The position numbers were made by a program, and so were the translations under genes. Below, piece after piece: positions 36,867-46,362 of a DNA stretch of 64,000 bases. The notes below the pieces were generated by a model. It had not been told where the DNA came from. It saw only the letters and a program-made list of their open reading frames with translations, and searched no databases. This DNA is from an uncultured bacterium. Its GTDB lineage: Bacteria; Patescibacteriota; Minisyncoccia; Phycocordibacterales; Phycocordibacteraceae. The stretch is taken from positions 15,826 through 79,825 of the forward strand of contig CAMTYL010000003.1 in assembly GCA_947085985.1 (NCBI GenBank), read 5' to 3'. Position 1 is the stretch's first letter; the number at the start of each line of letters is the position of its first letter.

Positions 36867-39524
36867 ATGAAGCTTAAATTCGATGCAGAACAGCAATTTC
36901 AGCTTGATGCAATCGAGTCTGTAGCGGATTTGTTTGTGGGGCAGCAGACCACGTCTGGCGCAGGACTCTTTGGAGAGTCAACACTTGGCATGTTTCAGAA
37001 CGAGCGTGGAATAGGTAATCTGCTCCAGATAGACGAGGGGGCGCTACTCGAGAATTTGAGGAGCGTGCAGGAAAAGAATAAACTCCCAATACAGTCGGAG
37101 CTTGCTGGAAAGCATTTCTCCATAGAAATGGAAACAGGTACAGGTAAGACGTATGTGTACTTGCGTACTATATTTGAACTCCACCAGCGTTTCGGATTTT
37201 CAAAATTTATCATTGTAGTACCAGGCAAGGCTATTCGTGAGGGTGTTTTAAACTCTCTCGAAATCACTAAGGAGCATTTGCGCAACCTGTACGGGAACCC
37301 GCCTTATAGTTTCTTTGCATATAACAGTAAGCGCCCAGCCGACTTGCGAGCATTTGCTACCTCAAATGCGCTTAGTGTGATGCTCATAAATATTGAAGCA
37401 TTTAATACCGAGGACAACATCATAAATCGTGCGAACGACTCGATAGGAGGAGTCCCAATTGAGCTTGTCCAGAAGACGCATCCAATAGTAATTATGGACG
37501 AGCCGCAAAATATGGAATCTCCAGCTGCACAGGCTGCTATTGCAGCACTTAACCCACTTTGTACCCTTCGATACTCTGCTACCCATCGAAATCTCTATAA
37601 TCAAATCTATCGACTTGGGCCTGTGGAGGCATATGATCAGGGTTTGGTAAAAAGAATTGAGGTGGCATCTGTAGCCGAAGAAGGAAGTCAGAACGACGCG
37701 TACATAAAGATACTAGATGTAAAGGCTGGAAAGAGATCAATCGTTGCTAATCTCGAGATAGAATCCAACCACAAGGGTGAGATCAAGAAAACCAAAGTTC
37801 GTTGTTCAACGTCGGGTACAGAATCTGATTTGTATGCATTGTCAGGAAACCTACCCGCTTACGATGGCTACACGCTTAGTCGCATCGATGCAGAATTGGG
37901 CGAGGTGGAGTTTGGTAATGGTGTTGTTGTGTCGAGGAATGCTGCTGTGGGGGAGATGAAGGATGAGATCATGAAGCAGCAAGTAGCGGAGACCGTACGA
38001 GAGCACTTCGAAAAAATGCTCAAGTTTGTAAGGTCTGGGCAGGACATAAAAGTGCTATCGCTCTTTTTCATAGATCGAGTGGCAAATTATCGTAACCATG
38101 AGACAGGTGCGCCAGGGAAGCTCGCCCTGTGGTTTGAAGAGGTGTACGAGGAGTTTAGGCAGTTACCGCGCTACAGTTCGCTCGTACTTCCACCGGTAAG
38201 CTCAGTTCACGACGGCTATTTCTCCAAAGACAAGAAGGGAACACTCAAGGACACGAAAGGAAGTACGGAAGAGGACCGCTCTACATACGAACGCATCATG
38301 AAAGACAAAGAGCGTCTTCTTTCTTCTGATGAACCGCTGCAGTTCATTTTCTCTCACTCTGCGCTGAAAGAGGGCTGGGACAACCCAAACGTCTTTCAAA
38401 TATGTACACTGAACGAAGCAGAATCATATGTAAAGAAGCGTCAGGAAATTGGGCGTGGCTTGCGTCTGCCAGTTAACCAGCAGGGAGATAGGATATTTGA
38501 TCGATCCATAAACACTCTCACAGTCATTGCGAACGAGAGCTATGAAACCTTTGCCCGCTCGCTTCAGCAAGAAATTGAGGAAGAAACTGGACAAGTTTTC
38601 GGAAGAGAGAGAATTGTTGATAAGCGCAAGCGAAAGCAAGTCTCACTTAGAAAGCATTGGGAATTGGATGAACACTTTATCGAGTTGTGGTCGCGAATTA
38701 ATAAGCGAACTAGATATGCGGTTACGCTGGATATGGATTTGTTTCTTGCAAAAGCAACTGAAGCCCTGTCCCATATACCTTCTCAAGAGCCACGTATACG
38801 AGTTGACGTTGCTTCGCTTAATTTTGACCAGAGCAAGGGAATCTTGACCACAAAGAGATCAGAACGAACTGGAAGAAGTTTCGGACAGTCCTTGCCCGTT
38901 CCAGATGTGCTGAGCTATATCTCGCAGCACACAGAACTGCGTACAGCAACAGTGGTCCGTCTACTGAAGGACTCAGATATTTTCGGCAAACTTCGTTCAA
39001 ACCCTCAGTACGTTATGGATCAAGCAGTAGCGGAAATAAAGCGCGTGATGCAATTCATGATTATTGACGGAATTAAGTACGAGCGAATTGCGGATTCTGA
39101 GTACGAGATGCAGATTTTCAAGGACGCAGAAATAGAGTCGTATCTTACTAATATGAGGAAAGTGGAAGTGGTCGAGAAGACTATTTATGACTTTGTGGTC
39201 TGCGATTCTAATGTCGAGATGAGTTTTGCAGAAGAGCTTGAGGCGCGAGACGAGATTGAGTTCTATATGAAGCTACCGTCAAAATTCAAGATAGAAACAC
39301 CGCTAGGCTCTTATAATCCCGACTGGGCTATCATCTTCCGTGGTGATTCCAAGCTGTACTTGGTAGCTGAGACCAAGGGAACAGATCGTGCCGACGAGCT
39401 TTCGATTTCTGAGCAATTGAAGATTAGAGCGAGCGAAAAGCACTTTACTGCAATTGGCGAAGCAATCTACCTGGCTCCTGTGCGCGACATGAGCGGTTTA
39501 TCAGAAAGGTTGAAATCGTTATGA
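36867..39524 (+). CDS. res: Type III R-M restriction subunit (Res)
   Basis: EMETGTGKT, DEPQ, RYSATH, EGWDNPN, QEIGRGLR, YNPDW..ETKG. Confidence 0.95.
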   Translation: MKLKFDAEQQFQLDAIESVADLFVGQQTTSGAGLFGESTLGMFQNERGIGNLLQIDEGALLENLRSVQEKNKLPIQSELAGKHFSIEMETGTGKTYVYLRTIFELHQRFGFSKFIIVVPGKAIREGVLNSLEITKEHLRNLYGNPPYSFFAYNSKRPADLRAFATSNALSVMLINIEAFNTEDNIINRANDSIGGVPIELVQKTHPIVIMDEPQNMESPAAQAAIAALNPLCTLRYSATHRNLYNQIYRLGPVEAYDQGLVKRIEVASVAEEGSQNDAYIKILDVKAGKRSIVANLEIESNHKGEIKKTKVRCSTSGTESDLYALSGNLPAYDGYTLSRIDAELGEVEFGNGVVVSRNAAVGEMKDEIMKQQVAETVREHFEKMLKFVRSGQDIKVLSLFFIDRVANYRNHETGAPGKLALWFEEVYEEFRQLPRYSSLVLPPVSSVHDGYFSKDKKGTLKDTKGSTEEDRSTYERIMKDKERLLSSDEPLQFIFSHSALKEGWDNPNVFQICTLNEAESYVKKRQEIGRGLRLPVNQQGDRIFDRSINTLTVIANESYETFARSLQQEIEEETGQVFGRERIVDKRKRKQVSLRKHWELDEHFIELWSRINKRTRYAVTLDMDLFLAKATEALSHIPSQEPRIRVDVASLNFDQSKGILTTKRSERTGRSFGQSLPVPDVLSYISQHTELRTATVVRLLKDSDIFGKLRSNPQYVMDQAVAEIKRVMQFMIIDGIKYERIADSEYEMQIFKDAEIESYLTNMRKVEVVEKTIYDFVVCDSNVEMSFAEELEARDEIEFYMKLPSKFKIETPLGSYNPDWAIIFRGDSKLYLVAETKGTDRADELSISEQLKIRASEKHFTAIGEAIYLAPVRDMSGLSERLKSL

Positions 39525-40363
39525 AAACTCAGTGGACGGGGATAGGGAAGGAGGGAGTGGTGCGGTACGTGGGGTGGGGGGTTGTTGGGGTTGTGGTGGT
39601 GCTTGTGGGTGTTTCGGCTTGGTGGATCTTGAGCCAGGACGAGGAGAGCTTTGCTGGCTGCAACGTGGTGGGGATTAACGTGCATGGATGCATCATGACG
39701 TACGCGCCTGCGGCGGACGAAGGCGCTTCTGGAGTACCTGAGGGATGCGACGCTATAGCGGTATCCGAGGAAATCATTGGGACCCTTGAACAGGCAAGCC
39801 AGCACAGCAACATCCGCGCTGTGCTTCTTGATATTGATTCTACGGGCGGGCAGGCGCAGGCTGCGGTTGAGATTGAAGACGCGCTTACTATGGCCGGGCT
39901 TCCAAGCGTTGCGTGGATTCGTGGGTACGGAGATTCTGCTGCGTACTGGGTAGCGAGTGCCGCGAGCACCATCATTGCTTCCGAGGAGTCTGACATTGGC
40001 AGTATTGGGGTGACCTCTTCCTACACCGACTACTCACGCCAGAACGCGCAGGACGGAATCACGTACAACAGTATCTCCACCGGCAAATACAAAGATATGG
40101 GCAATCCTGACAAGCCACTCACCGCCGAGGAGCGAGCTGCGCTTGAGAAAAGCAATCGCATAACACTCGATAACTTTATCGAAACCGTTGCGACCAACCG
40201 CGACTTGCCGATAGAGAAAGTGGAAGCGCTTGCTGACGGCTCGACCTGGCTTGGTAAAGAAGCGCTCTCGCTCGGACTTATTGATGCGCTCGGAACGTAT
40301 CCAACCGTGCTCGAGCATCTACGAGAAGTCCTCCAGGACGAACCAGTGATCTGCTGGCGATAA
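39521..40363 (+). CDS. S49 signal-peptide peptidase (SppA-like)
   Basis: N-term TM, IDSTGG, SAAYW, IGSIGV, GKYKD, LGLID. Confidence 0.9.
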   Translation: MKTQWTGIGKEGVVRYVGWGVVGVVVVLVGVSAWWILSQDEESFAGCNVVGINVHGCIMTYAPAADEGASGVPEGCDAIAVSEEIIGTLEQASQHSNIRAVLLDIDSTGGQAQAAVEIEDALTMAGLPSVAWIRGYGDSAAYWVASAASTIIASEESDIGSIGVTSSYTDYSRQNAQDGITYNSISTGKYKDMGNPDKPLTAEERAALEKSNRITLDNFIETVATNRDLPIEKVEALADGSTWLGKEALSLGLIDALGTYPTVLEHLREVLQDEPVICWR

Positions 40364-40366
40364 TAC

Positions 40367-40558
40367 ATGAGAAAACAGACAAACAACCCATTCGAGTCCG
40401 GGCTAATGGTTATAGTAATTCCAATTCTGCTTTGTGGACTTTTGGTAGCTTGGTGGACTCACGACTCTCAAAAGGGTTGGGATCTTTCTGCTTCTGGTTT
40501 TCGTTTTATCTTCGCTCCACTTTTTCAGCCTCTAGAAAAAGCGGTTGAGAAGAACTGA
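40367..40558 (+). CDS. Small TM hypothetical protein
   Basis: 63-aa ORF 3 nt after the SppA-like stop; one TM. Confidence 0.5.
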   Translation: MRKQTNNPFESGLMVIVIPILLCGLLVAWWTHDSQKGWDLSASGFRFIFAPLFQPLEKAVEKN

Positions 40559-40602
40559 ATTTAGAAAAGTTGTCCGGTCGTCGGTGGATTAGAATAAGAA
40601 TA

Positions 40603-40896
40603 ATGAAGCACGAATTTTCGGCGGAGGTGTGGAAATGGCCGGGGATGGCGGCGTGGCATTTTGTGACGGTAGACGCTGCTGTGGCAGCTACGATCCGCGA
40701 GGAACGCGCGGGAGCTCCTCGTGTGGGGTGGGGGTCTATTCCGGTGAGTGTGACGGTGGGCAGTACGACGTGGAAAACATCGATATTTCCGGACAAGAAA
40801 TCGGGCTCGTATCTTTTGCCCATGAAAGCGGAAGTGCGAAAGAAGGAAGATATTTCCGGCGGTGACTCTGTGTCTATTCAACTTTCGATTCTGTAA
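40603..40896 (+). CDS. DUF1905-family protein
   Basis: WHFVTV, GWGSIPV.VTVG...WKTSIFP, YLLPMKAEVRK. Confidence 0.85.
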   Translation: MKHEFSAEVWKWPGMAAWHFVTVDAAVAATIREERAGAPRVGWGSIPVSVTVGSTTWKTSIFPDKKSGSYLLPMKAEVRKKEDISGGDSVSIQLSIL

Positions 40897-41239
40897 AAAC
40901 GAAGGCCGCCCGAGAGGGCGGCCGACAATAGATAACGAGCTGTACGCAGCCTGCTTTTTCGAAGGCAATGTTAGAACCTCCCGAATTCCTGCAGAAAACC
41001 CGGGAAGGTTATCAGCTTCAGCGACTCTGGGGTCTGGATGTTGTGGCGTTTTGCCAGGTAAACCCAGAGACAGACTTCCGCGCTCGTTGCTCCCTTTATG
41101 TTGTTCTTTACTAAAAGCTGTCCTCCTTTCAAAACAGCTCCGGGAGCTCCATGTATAAGTATGCGCCTCGGGCGGTCGTATGCAACACTACACTCGTGTA
41201 TACAATTTCAGCCCCGAGCGGTTGCTCGGGGCTGGGTGA

Positions 41240-41801
41240 AAAGACTGAGGGCCGCGCACAAGATGTACGCGGCCCTGTTGCCACTACTGGCTAGCCGGCC
41301 ATGCCGCCCTGCCGCGTCTTCAGCCACCGCAGAAAGTCGGGAACGTTGAAGAGGAGGAACGGAACCAGGCCAGGAACCAGCATGACGATAGCGTTCTGCC
41401 AGTTGACCTCGCTCGACCCCAGGAAGCTGCCTGCGAGCGTTGCCGAGACGAACAGAAGGAAGCCAGTGGCGACGTAACGGGGCCAGAGCCAGCAGACCAG
41501 GCCGATGAGGCCTAACACCACGGTTCCGGCGATGACTTCGTTCATGGCTGTATTCGACATGGTCTGTCGGACGGTCATGAAGAAGAGGAGTGCGGTAAAT
41601 GCGCCGAACGCAACGGCGCGCCACACACGACGCACGCGCATACGCTTCTCGATTTCGGTGTTCGACATGATAGGCCTCCTTGGGCCAGAAACTTTGACGA
41701 GCCAATCCCGCCACCCAGAGTGTTATAGCACAATTTGTGGGGAATGCTCGGTTTCCATATATAGAAAGACTGAGGGCCGCGCACAAGATGTACGCGGCCC
41801 T
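41240..41801 (-). repeat. Identical 37-bp terminator-like hairpin duplicated (41240-41276; 41765-41801)
   Basis: aaagactgagggccgcgcacaagatgtacgcggccct twice, each just 3' of a minus-strand orphan gene. Confidence 0.92.
41291..41668 (-). CDS. Orphan 4-TM membrane protein
   Basis: SD AAGGAGG; extended -10 TGTGCTATAAC; hydrophobic helices. Confidence 0.8.
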   Translation of the reverse strand: MSNTEIEKRMRVRRVWRAVAFGAFTALLFFMTVRQTMSNTAMNEVIAGTVVLGLIGLVCWLWPRYVATGFLLFVSATLAGSFLGSSEVNWQNAIVMLVPGLVPFLLFNVPDFLRWLKTRQGGMAG

Positions 41802-41821
41802 TTTACTGTGCTGGCCCGTTC

Positions 41822-42427
41822 CTACTGGGCCAGAATATTGGTGACGAGCCTGCCCAGCTCTTCAGCGATGCGCTCGTCCGTGTCCCACATGAAGGGCAGG
41901 ATGAACTCGCGCGTCTCCTCGGCCTTCGCCTTCTGACGATCGATGGGCCAGCCCTCGCCCATGGAACGCATATTGCAGATGCGATCCACGCCCTTGGTCA
42001 CCTTCACCTCGAGCGGTCCTCGGGCGATGGCGCCATAGTATTCGGGTTTGGTCTTCACGTTGTAGTCCAGAAGCCTGCCGTTGGCCGGATCGAAGATCGG
42101 GATCTGCTTGGACAGCAAGCAGAGTTCGTCGAAGGTCTCCTGTCCGAGCAGTCGCACGATGACCTCCCGGAGGGCGTAGGTGTCCTCCACAACATCGTGG
42201 GTGAGACCCAGGACGACGGCCTTGCGGCTGTTGTAGCCGTAGTCTAGAAGAAGCCAGGCGACCTCGCGCGGGTGCTCGAAGTAGCGTTCGCCGCTGTCGC
42301 GCGGCGCTTGGACGCGGTGGCCTTCCTTGGCGAGCCAGTAGGCGACCTGGATGTCGGGGAGACTGTCCCTCAGGCCGCACTTCTGAACCCGTTCAAAGAA
42401 CGAAGTCCGGTTAATGACTTGGGTCAT
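41822..42427 (-). CDS. Stand-alone RelA/SpoT-type HD hydrolase (small alarmone hydrolase, Mesh1-like)
   Basis: RDSGERYFEHP..VA, LTHDVVEDT, KGVDRICN; SD AAAGGGGG. Confidence 0.85.
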   Translation of the reverse strand: MTQVINRTSFFERVQKCGLRDSLPDIQVAYWLAKEGHRVQAPRDSGERYFEHPREVAWLLLDYGYNSRKAVVLGLTHDVVEDTYALREVIVRLLGQETFDELCLLSKQIPIFDPANGRLLDYNVKTKPEYYGAIARGPLEVKVTKGVDRICNMRSMGEGWPIDRQKAKAEETREFILPFMWDTDERIAEELGRLVTNILAQ

Positions 42428-42548
42428 GTGAATGTCCCCCTTTCTGTACGCACTTAAACACAAATAGATAAACGAGTCAAACCGAGAGAGTTGAAAAATG
42501 TTCTGGCGATACAGGAGTGATAGAAAGGCGAGAGCCGGGCTGGAGAAT

Positions 42549-42569
42549 TGCCAAGGCGTCGCCTTGGCA
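42549..42569. repeat. REP-like 21-bp palindrome
   Basis: tgccaaggcg-t-cgccttggca. Confidence 0.6.
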
Positions 42570-42613
42570 TGATGTGGAATACGAGGAGATACGGTCTTGT
42601 ATACTAAATCTGT

Positions 42614-43588
42614 ATGGCAAAGAAGAGCGTTCCAAAAAAGACCCTGAACCAGGTACTTATATATCAGGCAAAGAACGGAGCTATTGAGCTACGTGGTGAT
42701 TCTGCGCATGACACTCTTTGGGCTACCCAGGCGCAAATTGCTGAACTCTTCAATATTGAGCGTTCGGTGGCCACGAAGCATATCGGTTCCATTCTGAAGA
42801 CCCGGGAGGTAGATGAGAAAAGCAATGTGCAAAAAATGCACATTGCAAATTCTGATAAACCTGTTGCAGTTTATTCGCTCGATGTGATCCTCTCTGTAGG
42901 TTATCGATCAAACTCCGCTCGAGCTATAGATTTTAGGCGATGGGCTAGCAGAACACTTCGTGAATACCTCGTGAAGGGCTACACCATAAACCGCAAGCAG
43001 ATTGCGAAGAATCGGGAAGCTTTCCTTAAGGACGTCGAGTCTGTCCAGGCGCTTCTTCCCGAGCACATTGCGCTTGATCCGAAGGCAATACTTGAGCTTG
43101 TGAAGGTGTTCTCTAGTACCTGGATGTCACTCGATGCCTACGACAAGGATGCACTCGTTCCCGTTGGAACTTCCAAGAAGGCAATCAAGCTCAGTAGTAC
43201 TGAGTTGAACGCAGCGATAGGTAATCTACGCACCGAACTTCTAAAGAAAGGTGAGGCCACAGAGATATTCGCTCAAGAGCGTGCCACAGGCAATATTGAA
43301 GGAATAGTAGGAAACGTCATGCAGTCGCTTGGCGGGGCTCCGGTGTATCCAACTATTGAGGAGAAGGCTGCGCACCTGCTGTACTTCATGGTGAAGAACC
43401 ATCCGTTTGTGGACGGCAATAAGCGCTCGGGAGCATTCGCCTTTATCTGGTTTCTGCGAAAGACGGGAAGCAGGTCTGTAAAGAATATCAATCCAGCAGC
43501 ACTCACTGCACTCACGCTACTGATAGCCGAAAGCAAGTCAGAGAAAAAAGAGCAAATGACCGCACTCGTTACGCAGGTTCTGAGATAG
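42614..43588 (+). CDS. RhuM-like DNA-binding domain fused to Fic/Doc domain
   Basis: TLWATQAQIAELF, YSLDVILSVGYR, FRRWA; HPFVDGNKRSG. Confidence 0.9.
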   Translation: MAKKSVPKKTLNQVLIYQAKNGAIELRGDSAHDTLWATQAQIAELFNIERSVATKHIGSILKTREVDEKSNVQKMHIANSDKPVAVYSLDVILSVGYRSNSARAIDFRRWASRTLREYLVKGYTINRKQIAKNREAFLKDVESVQALLPEHIALDPKAILELVKVFSSTWMSLDAYDKDALVPVGTSKKAIKLSSTELNAAIGNLRTELLKKGEATEIFAQERATGNIEGIVGNVMQSLGGAPVYPTIEEKAAHLLYFMVKNHPFVDGNKRSGAFAFIWFLRKTGSRSVKNINPAALTALTLLIAESKSEKKEQMTALVTQVLR

Positions 43589-43725
43589 CGCACAGAGCAA
43601 TATGCCGAAAAACCGCCAGCGCTGCCTAGGGCGACTTTGCAGGACTCCTTTCAAAACCCGTTATATAAAAGAAAGTGGCGGCCCGGGGAGGCCGCCACTG
43701 CATTCGTTTGTAGAGCCGACTGGCT

Positions 43726-44013
43726 CTACTCCTTTACGCCCCTCAGGATGTCGAGGCCGATTTCGAGCTTGTGGACGACGTATCCACGTTTGTTCTTGTC
43801 GCCTTCGAGGTTGTGAGCGACCGACCGCATGATGTTCTCGAGCGCGTAGCGATCGGGAGCGGCGGCGCCTGAAGAGGGCAGTGCGAGCGTCATCTGAAGC
43901 GCGTGCGCCATAGCCGCGAGCCGCAGGCGGAGCTCTTCCGGAGGTCCGTCCTCGAGTTCGCGAACATAGCGATCACGACGATCAAGAAAAGCGCGCGTAG
44001 CGAATACCGACAT
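43726..44013 (-). CDS. Orphan 95-aa helical protein
   Basis: SD AAGGAG; TTGACT-17-TATTGT overlapping the EVE stop; terminator agtggcggcc..ggccgccact. Confidence 0.75.
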   Translation of the reverse strand: MSVFATRAFLDRRDRYVRELEDGPPEELRLRLAAMAHALQMTLALPSSGAAAPDRYALENIMRSVAHNLEGDKNKRGYVVHKLEIGLDILRGVKE

Positions 44014-44070
44014 CTCTGTCTCCTTGTTGGAACTGGTTCACAAACACAATAACACTTATCTATACAAAAG

Positions 44071-44526
44071 TCAAGTAGTGATCTCCTCGAAATGCTCAGA
44101 AGCGACTGGAGTAATAGAAAGACGAGAGCCGGGCTGGAGAATGACCATGCTTTTCAGTTTTGGATTTGCGCGAATGTCGGTGAGGGTGACGGGCTCCTTC
44201 AACTTCTTAACAAAAGCGATATCTACCAAATACCAGACCGGTTTCTCTTTTGTGGCGCGAGGCTCGTAGTAGTCGGAGGTTGCATCAAATTGAGTTGGGT
44301 CAGGGTAGGGAGCTGAAGCGACTTTGGCGATGCCGTATACGCCCGGTACTTTGCAGCTGGAGTGGTAGAAAAGCACCTGGTCGCCAACCCGCATTTCGTC
44401 GCGCATGTAGTTGCGGGCCAAGAAATTGCGCACGCCAGTCCAGGCGGTTTTCTTGTCCGCCTTGAAATGGTCTATCCCGTATGTCTCGGGCTCCGACTTC
44501 ATAAGCCAGTACTTTTTCTCTTTCAT
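44071..44526 (-). CDS. EVE-domain protein
   Basis: YWLMKSEP, WTGVRNFLARN, FYHS, SRLSI. Confidence 0.93.
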   Translation of the reverse strand: MKEKKYWLMKSEPETYGIDHFKADKKTAWTGVRNFLARNYMRDEMRVGDQVLFYHSSCKVPGVYGIAKVASAPYPDPTQFDATSDYYEPRATKEKPVWYLVDIAFVKKLKEPVTLTDIRANPKLKSMVILQPGSRLSITPVASEHFEEITT

Positions 44527-44620
44527 GTTTCTATACTAGCGCGTCAGTACTGCATAGACACAACTAACTATGTATGGTTTAGTACGTGCGGAAGTTTAAT
44601 CCCCATGCAAGGAGACGCTC

Positions 44621-45013
44621 GTGAGGGAAAACCTAATCAACATCAACTGGACGGCCGCTCCGCTCTCCGGGGAGCAACGGATGGTCATCCACCAGCTCGC
44701 GGTTATCTTCCTGAAAACGAGGGGAGAGCGGGACTGGATCGACTTCACCCATATGCTGGTGGAAGGACGACTGCATAAGGGACGCCGAGGTTCACTCGGC
44801 ACCTATTCGGGAACCTTCTTCACCGCTGAGATGGGCTACGTTCGGGGAATTCCCTGGACCCTCCATTTCCTTCTTCCGAACAGTGCTGTGAACGCGCAAC
44901 TTCGGGAAGGCGACACCTACCTCAGCGCTATCTGGCACTCTGATGGACGAATGGAGTTCACGCAGATTGATCCTGACAGTTGCAAGGCCACCGAGGCTTC
45001 GCTCCTGAGCTGA
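44621..45013 (+). CDS. Orphan 130-aa protein (GTG start)
   Basis: SD AAGGAG; terminator gaccccgatgctgc..gcagcatcggggtc. Confidence 0.7.
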   Translation: MRENLININWTAAPLSGEQRMVIHQLAVIFLKTRGERDWIDFTHMLVEGRLHKGRRGSLGTYSGTFFTAEMGYVRGIPWTLHFLLPNSAVNAQLREGDTYLSAIWHSDGRMEFTQIDPDSCKATEASLLS

Positions 45014-45071
45014 AGACCCCGACCCCGATGCTGCACGCAGCATCGGGGTCTTGTCTATTTCGTCCTGTCTC

Positions 45072-45917
45072 CTATCTAGGTCTGTGGAGATTTATATACT
45101 CCAGCCGCTCTCTAATGAGTGAGATACAAAGCTCCCTTTGCTGAGGAACCGAAACTTTCTGGCAAGCAGAAGCATCTAATCCTGCAACGGCTCTATTACT
45201 CAAAATAAATGCCACGCAACTAGACCGCAATTCTTTACTTAGAATCGGGGCACAAGTATCCGTAGATGCGTTCCGAATGCTGTAATTAAACAAACACTTG
45301 TCCCGCTCGGCTAGGAAATATGCGGCACTACAATCTTCAGTAGATCTTGGGCTGGCCCGCAAACCCTGCAAATCCTTATCCTGTAAATCGTACAGACGAG
45401 CGTAATGATTAATAAGCCCTACGGCCAGGCACAAGGAGAACATCAGTATGACTATTAAATACTCTCGTCCCTTAAACAATGACCACGATATCAGAACCAA
45501 AAATCCCAGAACCCATAGGGAGATAACGAGACGGATGCCCAGTGGCAATACGTTCGAACAGCTGTACATAAAACAAAACTCTATAAAATAGCTTGCTATG
45601 AGCACGACAGCAGAGACGGGTATTACGAGTGCGAGAAACCAAATGAATCGGCGTCGGTTCTGGCTCGTCGTTAGAAGGATGAGTAGGGCAAGGATAAGCG
45701 ACGTCCCAGACAGAAGAAACTTAGCCAAGTAAACCAGCTTCCCATCCACTATTGTGCAAATGATATGAGGTTCGGAATAAAAGAAACTACCACACAATCT
45801 GTATACAATGCTGCTCTCAAAGCTATAAACCAAGACGGAGAGAAGAAAGAATAAAAGGGCCGCAATTGCTGCAGCATGTGAAAGTAGTGTAGTGAATCTT
45901 TTGCTTATTTTTTTCAT
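45072..45917 (-). CDS. Low-GC multi-TM protein with C-terminal Cys-paired helical repeats
   Basis: About 5 TMs; repeats C..(x)..RDKC / LRSSC / QRELC. Confidence 0.7.
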   Translation of the reverse strand: MKKISKRFTTLLSHAAAIAALLFFLLSVLVYSFESSIVYRLCGSFFYSEPHIICTIVDGKLVYLAKFLLSGTSLILALLILLTTSQNRRRFIWFLALVIPVSAVVLIASYFIEFCFMYSCSNVLPLGIRLVISLWVLGFLVLISWSLFKGREYLIVILMFSLCLAVGLINHYARLYDLQDKDLQGLRASPRSTEDCSAAYFLAERDKCLFNYSIRNASTDTCAPILSKELRSSCVAFILSNRAVAGLDASACQKVSVPQQRELCISLIRERLEYINLHRPR

Positions 45918-45950
45918 CCGATCGCAGAAGAGTTCCTCTCTTCTAGGGCA

Positions 45951-46358
45951 TCAACGAGCTTCACGTTTTCTTCTTGAGATAATTATTAGTCCAATAATAG
46001 AAAACAGAATCCCCAGCACAGTACTGGCGCTTCCTTTTGTTAATTCTAGAAATGGAAGATACGAGTTACTATTTTTTGGCGCATAAACAATAACTAGAAT
46101 CGATAGAGGAATCCACCACCTTGCAAAGCGCATCAGAGTCTTGAAACCCCTTTCTCCTGCAAATAAAAGACCAATTCCAAGAGGAATGGAATATAGCGAG
46201 AAGAGTAAGATTGGGTTCAGCAGAGAAATAGAATACGGGGAAAGGGGCTCATAGAACTCACAGGACCGGTCTATCCCGCAAAGCCCTAATGTCCACGTAA
46301 CTGCTTGTAACCCAAGCAAGAGCACAAGCGTCCAGGAATACTTTAGTGTGAATTTCAT
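45951..46358 (-). CDS. Low-GC 4-TM membrane protein
   Basis: ATG 4 nt after the lipase stop; hydrophobic helices. Confidence 0.7.
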   Translation of the reverse strand: MKFTLKYSWTLVLLLGLQAVTWTLGLCGIDRSCEFYEPLSPYSISLLNPILLFSLYSIPLGIGLLFAGERGFKTLMRFARWWIPLSILVIVYAPKNSNSYLPFLELTKGSASTVLGILFSIIGLIIISRRKREAR

Positions 46359-46362
46359 AGCA

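Noticed and set aside
41240-41801. Classical integron attC array
   Set aside because: No RYYYAAC/GTTRRRY boxes and no intI; cassettes have their own promoters. Kept only as a duplicated hairpin.
32284-45100. Prophage or ICE
   Set aside because: No integrase, structural, conjugation or replication genes, and no tRNA att site seen.
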